64,000 bases of DNA from the NCBI RefSeq assembly GCF_030144855.1, contig NC_082729.1, positions 22,816,001-22,880,000 on the forward strand, in the 5' to 3' direction. Position numbers and translations under genes: made by a program. Numbering within the stretch: position 1 is the stretch's first letter; the number at the start of each line of letters is the position of its first letter. Shown one piece after another: positions 38,280-50,269 of the stretch. Source of the stretch: Hypanus sabinus. Taxonomy: Eukaryota. The notes under the pieces were generated by a model. That model ran no database searches, was not told the DNA's origin, and was given only the letters and a program-made list of their open reading frames with translations.

Positions 38280-38870
38280 CTGTGAGAGTCAGGGTGGCTT
38301 TGTGTGGGGGACATGTGCCACATTAATTTTCGGAGGTATTTTGAGGGGTGTACTTTAGAAGGCGGAATGTCAGGATAATTGATATTGTCCGGCTTGGGCT
38401 TTAACGAGGCACCAATAAATTTGTATCGACCTGACCCTTATGGTAGGCTAGCCCAGAAGGTTAAATCACATGGGATGAAAGGTGAATTGGTAAACTGGAT
38501 CCGAACTTGGTTTAGTGGAAAGAGACAGGAGGTGGTGCAGGAAATGTGATTTCGTATTTGGAAGTCGGTGACCTGTGGCGGGTCGTATTGTCGGTGGTGA
38601 CATCGCTGCTGCTTGGGGTTCACATTAACAATAGATGGAATATGGCGGTACGATCAGAGAGTCTGTGGATGACAGGAAAGCTGGTGACGTTGAGGACAGA
38701 AAGGAAGTGGATCTAGGGCAACAGTAGGCGATGGATCAGTTGGCAGCTGGTTTTCCATCCAGTTAATCACGTGTTGATGCATCTTAGGAAGTCAAACCGG
38801 TATTGCTCATCCACATTATGTGGTAGGTTGCAAAGGAATGTAGATAAACAGAAGGGGCTAGAATGTAAAT
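38280..38870 (+). mobile_element. Decayed CR1 RT fragment
   Basis: gtaaactggatccgaacttggtttagtggaaagagacaggaggtggtg. Confidence 0.7.
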
Positions 38871-38988
38871 AAACAGAAATCCAGTGTCAGAGGGTAATAC
38901 GTCATAGAAACAGGAACTTCCGCTAAAGCTGTTCCATGCCGAGAGAGTTTCTCATCTAAGCCATTCTCATAAATCATATTTCTCTAAC

Positions 38989-39068
38989 CAGGGGTTCCTT
39001 ACCTTATTTATGCCGTGGACCCCTACCATTAACGGGAAGGTTCGTGGATCCCAGATTGGAAGACCCTG
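38989..39068. mobile_element. 80-bp hAT-like MITE
   Basis: TIR-like CAGGGGTTCC...GGAAGACCCTG with internal gtggaccc/gtggatccc; TSD not convincing. Confidence 0.55.
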
Positions 39069-40130
39069 TCCCGATACTTTCCTACACATATATCTGTCCA
39101 AGTAACTTGACAACCGATGTGGACGTATCTACCTCTAATACCAGGCACAATATGTAAATACGGCCTCAACAATTTCTTTACTGCTCCAACTTCTGTATTC
39201 AGTGCCCTGTCGGATAAGGGCCAGCGAACCCAACGCTGCCTTCACCGCCCTGCCGACCTGACACGTCACTTTCAGGGAACCACGTACAGAAACTGCGTAT
39301 CAAGAATAGCTACCACCAATCTCTCATGAACCTTTTGATAGCTTGCTCAAAGAATTCCAGCCATGTGGCAGCTCTGGGAGATGATTTCACGTAAATACCT
39401 TAGCTTGTGTAAGGAAAATTTGCCTCCTCAATGTCCTCTCAACTCTGCCCCCTCGTCTTCAACCTGTGCATGCTGGTTCTTGATTCCCCAACCCTGTGAA
39501 AAAGACTGCATATAATCTACGAGTGCAGGCCCCTCGTGATTATAAACACGTCTAAAATATCAGCTCTCAGTCTCCCACACTCCTGGGAATAAAGTCCAAG
39601 CATGACCAACCTCTTTCTGTGCCAAAAATCCTGGAAGCGTCCTTGTAAATATTCTTGTCCAGTTTAATAATATCCTTCTTATAGCTGGATGACTAAAACT
39701 GAACAAAGCATGCCTCACCAACGTCTCGTACAACCACACGATGACTCACTAACTCTACAATTAGTGTCCTGCCTGATGATGATCTTCATCGTCATCTTGT
39801 CTACCTGTGTCGCCACTTTCAGGAAACCATGAGCCTCTACGCCCTCTCTTCGACAACATTCTCCGGAACACCACAATTGGCAAATAGTGTTTAATTCGGT
39901 CAACTGTGAGGTGATGTAATTTGGGAGTCAAATCGGGAGGGGAGGTATACAGTCAATGGTGGGCTGCTGAAGAATGCTGATGAACATAGAGATCAAGGGT
40001 TTCAAGTCCATGATTCCTTGGAAGTAGAAGCACAGCTTGACAGATTGGAGAAGAAGGAGTATGGCATGCTCGCTCTCCTACGTCGGGCACAGTATAAACG
40101 TAAGAGATGTTATCAAAACTCTATGAGATG

Positions 40131-40420
40131 GGGCGGGGCGGTAGAGATGTAGTTAGCATAGTTAGCAGAACACTTTACAGTACCAGCAACCTAGGTTCAA
40201 TTCTGGTGGCCTCCTGTAAGGAGTGTGTACGTTCTCCCCGATACCGCAAGGGTTTCCTCAGGGTGCTCCTGTTTCCTCCCACAATCCAAAGACATACCAA
40301 ATGGTTCATTAATTCAGTGTTCTAAATGTTCCTGTGATTCAGCTAGGATTAATTCGAACCGATATATGAGCAGCGTGGCTCAAAAGGCATGAAAGGTCTG
40401 TTGCACGCTGCAGATAGATT
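40131..40420 (+). mobile_element. tRNA-derived SINE
   Basis: A-box-like tagcatagttag, B-box-like ggttcaattc, core gtacgttctcccc...gggtttcctc; related copies at 45645-45935 (+) and 51450-51650 (-). Confidence 0.7.
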
Positions 40421-40489
40421 GATTAGATCAATTCGATACAGCAGATACGGCGGTGGAGAAGGCGTACGGTTGCTTTCTTTACTCAGAAC

Positions 40490-42790
40490 AGAGAAAATGT
40501 GGGGAGCAAATACAATACTCAAAGTGATATATCTCAGTTCACGGAGTATAAGAAATGAGGTGGATGATCGTGTTGCACGATTACAGATTGTCGGGTATGA
40601 TGTGGCCATCACTGAATCGTGGCTGAAGGATGGTTGTAGCTGGGAGCTGAATGTACAAAGGTAAACATTGTATCGGATTGATAGGAAGGTAATCAGAAGG
40701 GAGCCGTGGCTCTGCTGGTAAAAGTGGCATCAAATCTGTAGAAAGATGTGATATAGGACCGGAAGGTGTTGCATCCTTGTGGGTTGAGTTAAGAAACTGC
40801 AAGGGTAAAAGGACCCAGATGGCAGTGATATACAGGCCACCCAAATCTAGCAAGGATATGGACCAAAGGTTACAATGGGAAATGGAGATGACGTGTCAAA
40901 GGCGTAATGTTACGATAGTCATGGGATATTGCTACATGGAGGACGATTGGGAAATCAGGTTGATAATGAATCTCAAGAGAGTGAGTTCGTTGAATGCCTG
41001 CGAGATGACTTTTAGAGCAGGTTGGCGTTGTGCCTACTGGGGGACCAACTATACTGGATTTGGTGTTATGTAATGTACTGGGGGTAATTACGGAGCACCG
41101 GGTAAAAGAACCCTTAGGAGGCAGTGGTCACCAAAAAAAAGTGAGTTCAACTTGAAATCTGATAGGGAGAAAGTAAAGCCTGACATAACAATATTTCAGC
41201 GGCGTAAGGGAAACTACAGTGGTATGAGAGAGGAGATGGCCAAAGTAAATTGGAAGGAGCCACTGGCAGGGATGGCATGACTTTCTGGGAAGAAAATGAG
41301 GAATGTGCAAGATAGATGTATTCCAAACACACAAAAAAAAACTCAAATGTCAAAGTAGTACAACCGTGGCTGACAAGGGAAGTCAAAGCAGATGTTAAAG
41401 CAAAACGGGGGTAAACAACAAAGCAACAATTAATGGGAAGAGAGAGGATTGGAAAGGTTTTAAAAACTTACAGAAAACTGAAAGAATCATTAGGAGCGAA
41501 ATATGAACTATTCAAGCATACTACAAAGAATATCAATATGGATAGTAAAAGCTTTTTCAAGTATGTTAAAAGATATAAAAGAGATCGGAGTGGATATAGA
41601 ACCGCTTAGAAAATAAGACCAGAGAAATCATAACGAGGGACAAAGAGATAGCAGATAAGTTAAATGAATATTTTGCACCAGCCATCACTGTGGAAGACAG
41701 TAACCGCGTGTCAGATGTTAAAGGGTGTGAGAGAAGAGAAGTGAGTGCATTTACTATTATAAAACAAAAGGTGCTCAAAAAGTTGAAAGACCTAAAGGTA
41801 CATGAGTCACCCGGACCAGGTGAACTGCACTCTAGGATTCTGAATGAGGTAGCGGTAGAAATTTTGGAGGCATTAGTTATGATCTTTCAAAAATAACTGG
41901 ACTCTGGCATGGTGCCAGAAGACTGGAAATCGCAAATGTTACTCCACTCTTTAAGAAAGGAGGAAGGCAGCAGAAAGGGAATTATAGACTAGTTGGCCTG
42001 ACCTCAGTGGTTGGGAAGATGTTGGATTTAAGTGTTAAGGATGACGTTATGGAGTACTTGTAACACAAGACAAAATAAGGTAACGTCAACATGGTTTCCT
42101 TAAGGGAAAATCTTGTCTGAAGAACTTGTAGGAATTCTTTGAGGAGATTACAAGTAGGATGGATAAAGGAGGTGTAGTAGATGTTATATATTTCGACTTT
42201 CATAAGGCCTTTGACAAGGTGCGATATATGAAGCTGCTTACCAAGTTAAATGCCCTTGTTATTACAGGAAAGGTATTGGCATGGTTAGAGCATTGGTTGA
42301 TAGGTAAGAGGCAGGGAGTGAGAATAAAATTATTTCTAGTTAGCTGCAAGTGACTAGAGATGTTCGTAGGGGTCGGCATTTATACCGCTTCTTTTTATGC
42401 AGAGCATCAATGATTTAGATTATGGACCGGATGATTTTGTTGCCAAGTTTGCAGATGATACGAAAATTGGTGAAGGGGCAGGTAGTGTTGAGGAAACAGG
42501 TAGGTTGCAGAAGGACTTCAAAAGATTAGTAAAACGTCTTAAAGTGGAAAATGAAATCCAGCATTGGAAAATACAGGGTCATGCACTTTGGTCACAGAAA
42601 TGAATATGCAGACCATTTTCTAAACAGACAAAAATCCAAACATCTCAGATGCAGAAGGACATAGTGTTATCATAAGTTTGATGTGTCTAGGTCTGTACTC
42701 GCTGGAATTTAAAAGAATGGTGGGGGATCTCAATGAAACCTTTCGAATGTTGGATAATCTATCTAGCGTGGAGAGGGTGCAGAGAAGATT
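40490..42790 (+). mobile_element. Decayed CR1 ORF2 (APE and RT) within the gene-2 intron
   Basis: YLSSRSIRNEVD, AITESWL, IYRPP, DFHKAFDKV, KFADDTK. Confidence 0.9.
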
Positions 42791-43149
42791 TTGGGTCCGG
42801 GGGGAAAGTGGTGTGAGGAATGATGGAGTGCCGCACTGTTGGAAATCCGGTGCGGGAGCGTTCCACTGTTGGGAAGACGGTGAGGATGCGCCACATTTTG
42901 GGGGGTGGAGGAGCACAACGGTGTAGGTAAGGCGGTGAGGAAGCACAGCGTTTGAAGCCCGATTGCTTTGTCATCAAACTCTTCCTCCTTCTTCCTTCCG
43001 TTCCTTCCTTCGTCACCTCTCCAACCTCTGTATCGCTTTTCACATCTACCCTCTCTCCTGCTTAGCTCTTGTCGCTCTCTCACACGTCACCCTTAAATTC
43101 TATTCCTCACATCTCTCACCTCAATAATATCTCCCATACCAGGTCCATT

Positions 43150-44088
43150 ATGTCACGCTCCGCGGACCTGTTCAACTCCACTCTCGGTGGGAATGGCTCT
43201 TTCAACAGTGTCATGCCTAAGGACTTCGAGTTAGCACCCGCCACCTTATCCACGGTTTCTTTCGTTATCACCTTCCTGCTGGGCGTCCCCGGAAACTGCG
43301 CAGTCATCTGGGTAACAGGCTTCAAGATGGAGAGAAGAGCCCACACGGTGTGTTTCCTGAAACTGGCTGTGGCGGACCTGGCGTACTGCTTTACCCTTCC
43401 TTTCCATTTAGCCATGTTTTTCGATCTAAGTTCATTTCCCCAAGATGACTCCTTCTTCATATTCTTCGGCTGCGTCGTCATCATCAACATGTCCGTCAGC
43501 TCCTTCCTGTTGACTCTAATCAGTATCTTCCGCAGCCTGGCCGTCATTCGGCCCATTTGGTTCCGGCATCAGCTGAGCCTGGATTTGGTATATGTGTCCT
43601 GCTTCGGAGCCTGGGTCCTGGCCTTCCTCATGTCCCTGCCTCACCTGATATTTGAGCAGATTATCCTATATTTTGGGGAGAATACCTGGCTCTTTCTGGA
43701 GGTAACTTGGGATGTCTTCATCTTCGGCCTCACAATTCTAATCATGTCAACCTGCTATATCATGATCGGCCGGATTCTGCAGATGGATGATTTAGCCAAA
43801 TCCCAGAAGCCCGTCCGCCTCATAGTGACCGTGGTCGTCGCCTTCATCATCTGCTGGCTTCCCAATATTGTCTGCAGCCTTCTTCGTGACATCTCTGATG
43901 CCTTTCTCAATGGCTGGCTGACCCTTACCTTTGCTCTGGCCTCCTTCAACAGCGCCCTTAACTCCCTTCTCTACGTCTTCCCCGGCCGTGATTTCCGCCG
44001 GGTCTTCAGGCGCTCCCTGACGGCCTCGCTCCACCTGGCTTTCGCCGAGGAAGTTCTTCCCCACCCCGCAGTCACCGTGGACAGATAG
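43150..44088 (+). CDS. Chemoattractant-type class A GPCR paralog, 312 aa, single coding exon, atypical motifs
   Basis: LLGVPGN, LAVAD, ISIFRS, CWLP, NSLLYVF.GRDFR; N-glycosylation sites NST and NGS; ATG follows a pyrimidine tract and ACCAG|GTCCATT; open frame but P5.50T and P7.50S. Confidence 0.9.
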   Translation: MSRSADLFNSTLGGNGSFNSVMPKDFELAPATLSTVSFVITFLLGVPGNCAVIWVTGFKMERRAHTVCFLKLAVADLAYCFTLPFHLAMFFDLSSFPQDDSFFIFFGCVVIINMSVSSFLLTLISIFRSLAVIRPIWFRHQLSLDLVYVSCFGAWVLAFLMSLPHLIFEQIILYFGENTWLFLEVTWDVFIFGLTILIMSTCYIMIGRILQMDDLAKSQKPVRLIVTVVVAFIICWLPNIVCSLLRDISDAFLNGWLTLTFALASFNSALNSLLYVFPGRDFRRVFRRSLTASLHLAFAEEVLPHPAVTVDR

Positions 44089-44619
44089 GCTTAAAGACAC
44101 GCTTCGCGAACTCTGCCCTGACGACTGAGAAATTGAATCACACAAAAAGTACCGGAATAACTCGGCAGGTCAGGCATCATTCCCAATAACGAACAAACAG
44201 TTGACATTTAGAGCCGAGATCCTTCAGGCTGCTCGCAGCGGAGCTGGTCCCCGTGCAAGTGTCTCCAAGGCAGTTTTATCCACTTTTCTTCTGGAATGGA
44301 CAGCACTGAACAGCGCATGAAGAGGATAGAACGTAAATCAATAGAGCACAGAGGAGGCCAAATCTGTGCTGAAGAAGTTATCAAATTCCTTCTGTCCCTA
44401 CGTGATCTATATCCCTCTTTTCTTAGATTTTCATGCGTCAGTCTAATTATCTCCTAAACTTTATACCTGGTTTATCTCTATCTATGGGATCTCATTCAAG
44501 CCGCCCAACACTCTGTGTAAATATTTGTCTTTCACATTATCCTTAAGCTCCCTACCACACCTCATTTTTAAGTATTTAACATTCCTAACCAATATTCTGA
44601 GACTTGGGCTTCGGTATCT

Positions 44620-46150
44620 CCCTTTGCAAATGGATCCTAGGCTTCCTCACTCCAGACCCAGTTAGAACGGATTGACAACAATATCTTATCCACACTCACT
44701 ATCGGCACAGGTGTGTCCAAATATTGCGTGCCTACTCCCCTGCTCTGCTAAGTTTATACCTATGCTTCTGTGGTTACCAGCTGATCGAAAGCAGTGTTTA
44801 AGTTTTCTGACGACATCACGGTTATATGCTGATAGGCATATGGGAGGGACATTGAAAATCTGGTAGAGTGGAGCCATAACAGCAACCTCACTCCTCGCAA
44901 ACCAAAGAGTTAATCGTCGCCCGCAGGAGGAAGAAGCCTGAGGTCTATGAGCTCGTCCTCATCAGGAGATCGGAGGTGGAGCGGGTCAGTAGGTTTAAGT
45001 ACCTTGTCGTTAACATATTGAATAATCTGCCCTGCAACCAACGGGTGAGTGTCATCACAAAGGAGGAACGTCAGCACGTCTAATTTCTTAGAAGCTTGCG
45101 TAGATTTGTCATGTCACCAGCTGCTTTGATTACTTTCCATAGATGCACAGTGGACAGTATCTTGACTGGCTACATCACTGCCTGGCATGAGAAAACCAAT
45201 GCCCAGGAAAAAAGATACAAAATGTGGTGGGTACAGCCTAGACCATCACCGGCAAAGCCCACCCCACAACTGACTCCATTTATACGAAGAGGCATCCCTT
45301 GTCGGAGAGCATCCGAGATCACAGAGGGGGAGCAGTGACAGCGGGTTTCACTGAACTCCCATCAAAGGGAATATTTAAATTTCTTCTGGGTAGGTATCCC
45401 TATCCTGAAGGACTCCATTTACATGGAAGACTGCCAGAGGAAAACAGCACCTATCTTGACATACCCTTCATATTCCAGCCCGTGCTCTCTTCTCGCTACT
45501 ACCAGCGGGCAGCAGATACAGATGCCTTAGGTCGAATAACATCGGATTTAGGAAAATTTGTTGTCCTACAGACATCAGGGTCCTCAACCGGCTTGGGTAA
45601 CTTTAATCACCTCAACATGGCAGTGTCGCAGTTAGTACAACGGTCGGGGCGACACGGTAGAATAGTGGTTGGCACAACGCTTAACTGTACAAGCGACTCA
45701 TGTTCATTTCCCGTCGCCGCCTCTAAGGAGTTTTACGTTCTCCCCTTGGCCACGTGGGCTTCCTCAGGATGCTCTGTTCTACTCCTGCATTTCAAAAAGA
45801 CGTACCAGTTGTACGCTAATTGGTCATTGCAAATTGCCCCGAAATTAGGATAAAAATAAATCAGGGGATTACTGGGCGGCGCGGCTCGAAGGTCCAGAAC
45901 TGCCTACTCCGTGCTGCATGTCAATAAAAAAATAAACATTGAACTGATGGACTCACTTCAATCACCACTACGATGAACAGACTCATTTTCAATTATCATT
46001 TACAGCTTCTGTTTTCGTTCTTTTTTCAGCACTTGCATCATGTGTCTCTTTGCACATTGGCTGTTCGTCAGTTTGACTTATTTGTAGTTCTTCATAAATC
46101 CCATTGCTTTTCCCTCTAATCAAAATTACCCTCATGGTAGTATATGCTAC
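44620..46150 (+). mobile_element. Rex/Babar-like LINE 3' part interrupted by a SINE
   Basis: KFSDDIT, FKYL, FHRCTVDSILTGYITAW remnants. Confidence 0.75.
45645..45935 (+). mobile_element. tRNA-derived SINE
   Basis: Homologous to 40131-40420; A-rich tail caataaaaaaataaa. Confidence 0.7.
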
Positions 46151-46409
46151 GAATTTGTACCTTCATCAGGAGGGTTTCAGACCGAAACGTCGTCACTACC
46201 TCCTCCCACAGATGCTGTCTGGCCTGCTGAGTTCTGCCAGCAATTTGTGTTTTTATTTATTTCCAGCATCTGCAGATTCACTCGTGTTGCCAAGCTTGCC
46301 GAACCTGATATAACACCAAAATCCTAAATTGTACCGAACTAGTTAACGAATGATCAAATGTCCAAACACTCTAATCTCTTCAGGCTACACCGTGTTCATA
46401 CCCTTGCCT

Positions 46410-47090
46410 TCTTTGTGTATTCAAAAGTAAATTTATTGTCAAAGTACACATATGTCACCATATATAATCTTGAGGTTCACTTTCCTGCGGGCGTACCTTG
46501 CAAAACAATAGACTAGTAACTATAAGAAGATCAATGAAAGATCAACCAGAGTGCAGTAGACAATAAACCGTGCAAATACAAATATAAATAAATAGCAATA
46601 AATAATAGAGAACATGAGATAATATTAAAAAGTCCTTAAAGTGAGATTATTGGTTGTGGGAAACATCTCAGTGATGGAGCAATTGGATGTAGTTGTTCAA
46701 GAACCTGATCCTATGGAAAACAGTTCTTGAACCTTTTGCTGCGAATCCTGGGGCTCCTGTACCTTCTATCTGATGGCAGCAGCAAGTGGAGAGATTGTCC
46801 TTGGTGTTGGGGATCTCTGATGATGGATACTGTTTTCCTCCGACAGCATTTCATGTCGATGTGCGCAGTGGTTGTGAGAGTTTGACCCGAGATGTACTGG
46901 GCCGAAACTTCGGGAGGATTTTCCCTTCAAAGGTATTGGCTGTTCCATGCCAGGACGTGATGAAGCCAGGCGAAACACTCTACACTACACATTCAGAGAA
47001 TTTTCTCAAAGTTTCAGACGTCAGGCCTAATCTCCGCAGACTCCTAAGGAAGCAGAGTCTCCACTGTGCTTTCTTCACAATTGCACTATG
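46410..47090 (-). mobile_element. Rex/Babar-like 3' fragment
   Basis: IVKKAQWRLCFLRSLRRLGL on the - strand. Confidence 0.75.
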
Positions 47091-47239
47091 TACCTGTCCA
47101 AGAAAATCTTTAAACGCCTCTATCGTACCAGCCTTCAGCACCAACTTGGACAGCGCACCCCAGACATCGACCGCTCTCTGTGTGAAGAATTCTGTCGCCA
47201 CGCATCGCTTTTAAGCTTGCCCGTTTTACTTCAGAGCGG

Positions 47240-47555
47240 CGGGGTAGGGATACTTCTCTACCAAAGGAGGTGTAAGGCGCTGCTTGCCCCCCGTTAGCCT
47301 GCAGGTCACCTTTGGGCAAGGAGTAGCACCTGCTTAGCCCCCCCGATCAGGGTCACGTGAAGCCACGGAAGCAGCTGGGCGACCACTGACGCCAGGCTGA
47401 CAAATTCTGAAGACGATCGATCGATAATCTCTGGTGGCACTCGTCTTCTAAAGACACTGCCCAGATGATGGCAACAGTAAACCACTTCCGCAGAAAGATT
47501 TCCCATTAATAATCCTGCTCATGGAAAGACAGTGATCACTCAGTTCATATAAACA
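47240..47555 (+). mobile_element. Probable SINE with RTE-like tail
   Basis: gatggcaacagtaaaccacttc...catgg resembles RTE-related SINE tails; recognised from memory only. Confidence 0.4.
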
Positions 47556-47559
47556 TATA

Positions 47560-48560
47560 ACCCTATAGAACTATATAACAATTACAGCACGGAAACAGGC
47601 CATCTCGGCCCTTCTAGTCCGTGCCGACGCTTACACGCACCTCGTTCCACTGGCCCGCACTCAGCCCATAATTCTCCATTCCTTTCCTATCCATATACCT
47701 ATGCAATTGTATTTTAAATGACAATACCGAACCTGCCTTTACCACTACTACTGGAAGCTCATTCCACACAGCTACCACTCTCTGAGTAAATAAATCCCCC
47801 CTCGTGTTACCCTTAAACTTTTGTCCCCTAACTCTCAAATTACGTCCTCTCCTTTGAATGAAACGGCACATAACGAACGGCCGTCTGACTTTATGTACAT
47901 GCCCTTTGCTCCTAAGTATTTTCATTCTTGGGCAAGGTTACCGACCGACTACCCGATCTCCACCTCACATCCTTTTATAAGCCTCGATTAGCTCTCCCCT
48001 CGGCCTCCACGACTGCAGCTTGTCCAATCTCTTCTTGTAGAATCATATCCTCTAATCCAGGTAACATCCCTGCTAACCCTCTTCAGAAAACTCTGCAAAG
48101 CTTCGAAATCCTTCCTGTAAAAAGGCAACCAGGAAAGCACTCTACTCCAAACGCGACCTTGCTCTTGTCTCAACTAATGCAGACAAGCATAGAGTGCACT
48201 TCCTATCGGTATGATTTCCCTTCACCTTTGACCTTCTAACATGCAACTCCTCACACTTGCCCAGATTACATTACGACTGCCATTCCTCCGCCCATGTCTG
48301 TAACTGATGTAAATCATTTAGCAGCGTCCTTCACCGCCAACAGCTCGGCGATTTATCTGTCACCTGGAAACCTAACAAGATGCTAATCGACATTTTTGTC
48401 CAATTGATTTACGGATATTGCAAACAACAGAGGTCACAGAGGAACACCAACGCAAACCTCCAGACCGAATACCACCCCACCGACACAATCTTCTGACATC
48501 TATGAGCAAACCAATTCGAATCAATTGTTGGTCCCTTTCATGTTGGATAATGATCGTGAT
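47560..48560 (-). mobile_element. Stacked CR1 3' fragments
   Basis: FTQRVVAVWNELP; tail acagcacggaaacaggcc. Confidence 0.8.
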
Positions 48561-48614
48561 GTAGAAGAGAATAGTACGCAACTTAACCTTGTAATAAACT
48601 TCCTTGTGAAAGTG

Positions 48615-49595
48615 CACGATATGACTCCGAGTGAAGCTCCCTCCACACCGTCGCATCGTGCACTCCTGGGGTCAGACATAGAATGAATCTCCCTCCACAC
48701 GGTCCATTATACGTTCCCGAGATCAGACACAGAGTGAAGCTCCCTCCGCACTGTCCCAACAGACATTCCCATGTTCATATATAGACTGAAGCTCCCTCTC
48801 CAACGTCCCATTACATTCTTACGGCATCATACGCAGAACGAAGCTCCTTCCACACCATCTCAACACACACTCCTGGATTCGCACAGAGAGTGAAGCTCTT
48901 CCACACCCACTACACACTCCTGGGACAGATACAATTTGAAGCTGCCTCCACGCCATCCCGTCATAAACTCCAAGGGTCAGTCCACAGAGTGATTCTCCCT
49001 CTGCACTATCCCATTGCACAATCTCAGTGTCAGGGGCAGGGTTAGCACCCTCTACGCTGTTCCATCACACTCTCCCAGGGTCAAGCACACACTGAAGCCC
49101 CCTCCGCACCGTCCCATCACACGCTCCCGAGGTCAGGCACAGAGTGAAGATCTATCCACACCGTCCCATCACACAATTCCGGAGTCAGACACAGACTGGA
49201 GCTCCTTGTACACCGTCCCATCACACAATTCCGGAGTCAGACACAGAGTAAAGCACCTTCCACACCGTCAATTCACACACTCCCGGGGACAGAAACAGAG
49301 TGACGTTCCCTCCACACCGTCCCTTCACACAGTCCCGGCGCAGGCATGAACTGAACTTCTCTATACACTGTCCCATCACACACTCCCAGGGTAAGATGCA
49401 GAATAATGCTCCTCCATTCCTTCGTACACGACCGGGGACTGACACGGAGTGAAGCTCACTCTACACCGTCCTATCACACAACTCCTGGTTAGGGACAGTG
49501 AGCGGAGTTCGCACTATGTCGTTCCATCACACCCTCTCGAGGCTAGACACAGTGTGAAGTTCCCTTAACGTGACCGTATCACACATTCCATAGAA
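48615..49595 (-). repeat. 52-bp satellite array, about 18 units
   Basis: gggtcagacacagagtgaagctccctccacaccgtcccatcacacac repeated. Confidence 0.93.
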
Positions 49596-49599
49596 CGAG

Positions 49600-49900
49600 T
49601 GAGTCACAAAGCACCATTTTCTAGGTCACTTCTCTGAATGAGTATGATATCTCTCGTGACATCGACACGACGTCCAAACGCGGATTTTGCCATCTGCTGG
49701 CTCCCCAGCATTGTTTGAAGCCAGATCTGGGCCTTCAAACATCCCATGCTCCGGGAAAGCAGCTGCGTCATCATTGGACTGGTCTCCTTCAAAAGCAACC
49801 TCAAGCCCCTTCACCACATCTTCGCCGGCCGCGTCCTCCACCGGGTCTTCAGGTACGTCTTGGCCGCCTTTCTCGGTATTTACCCCGGAGGGGCCAGAAT
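49600..49900 (+). pseudogene. Internally deleted GPCR paralog 3: promoter remnant fused to TM6-TM7-helix 8
   Basis: FAICWLPSIV*SQIWAF...LVSFKSNLKPLHHIFAGRVLHRVFR starts at 49686, colinear with gene 2; TGA at 49716; upstream atctctcgtgacatcga matches the promoter block. Confidence 0.85.
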
Positions 49901-50269
49901 TGCTCCAACCGACAGTCGTCGTCGTGACGAGTGTTGGCAGGACCCTTTCCGCCCCGCCCCCTCAGTTGGATCCTCGTCAGGGTGCATCTCCTGCCGATGG
50001 AGAAGGAGGATGTTAGGCAGCAAGCAGTGTTCGCAATGGAGGTCTCTACGCGAGAGTTCTCCCGCTTTGCACACCGGATTTGGGGAGCAGAATGTTGCAC
50101 AGAACGCTCAGAACATAGAACATCGAATAATACGGCAGAGCAACAGGCCATTCCGCCCTGCGTGACTGTGCTGATTATGATGCAGATTTACATGACTCAC
50201 ATCTGCCGACATATGGCCATGTCCCAACATTCCCTGCCAGCTCATGGGTATATGTCGTAAAAATTGCGG

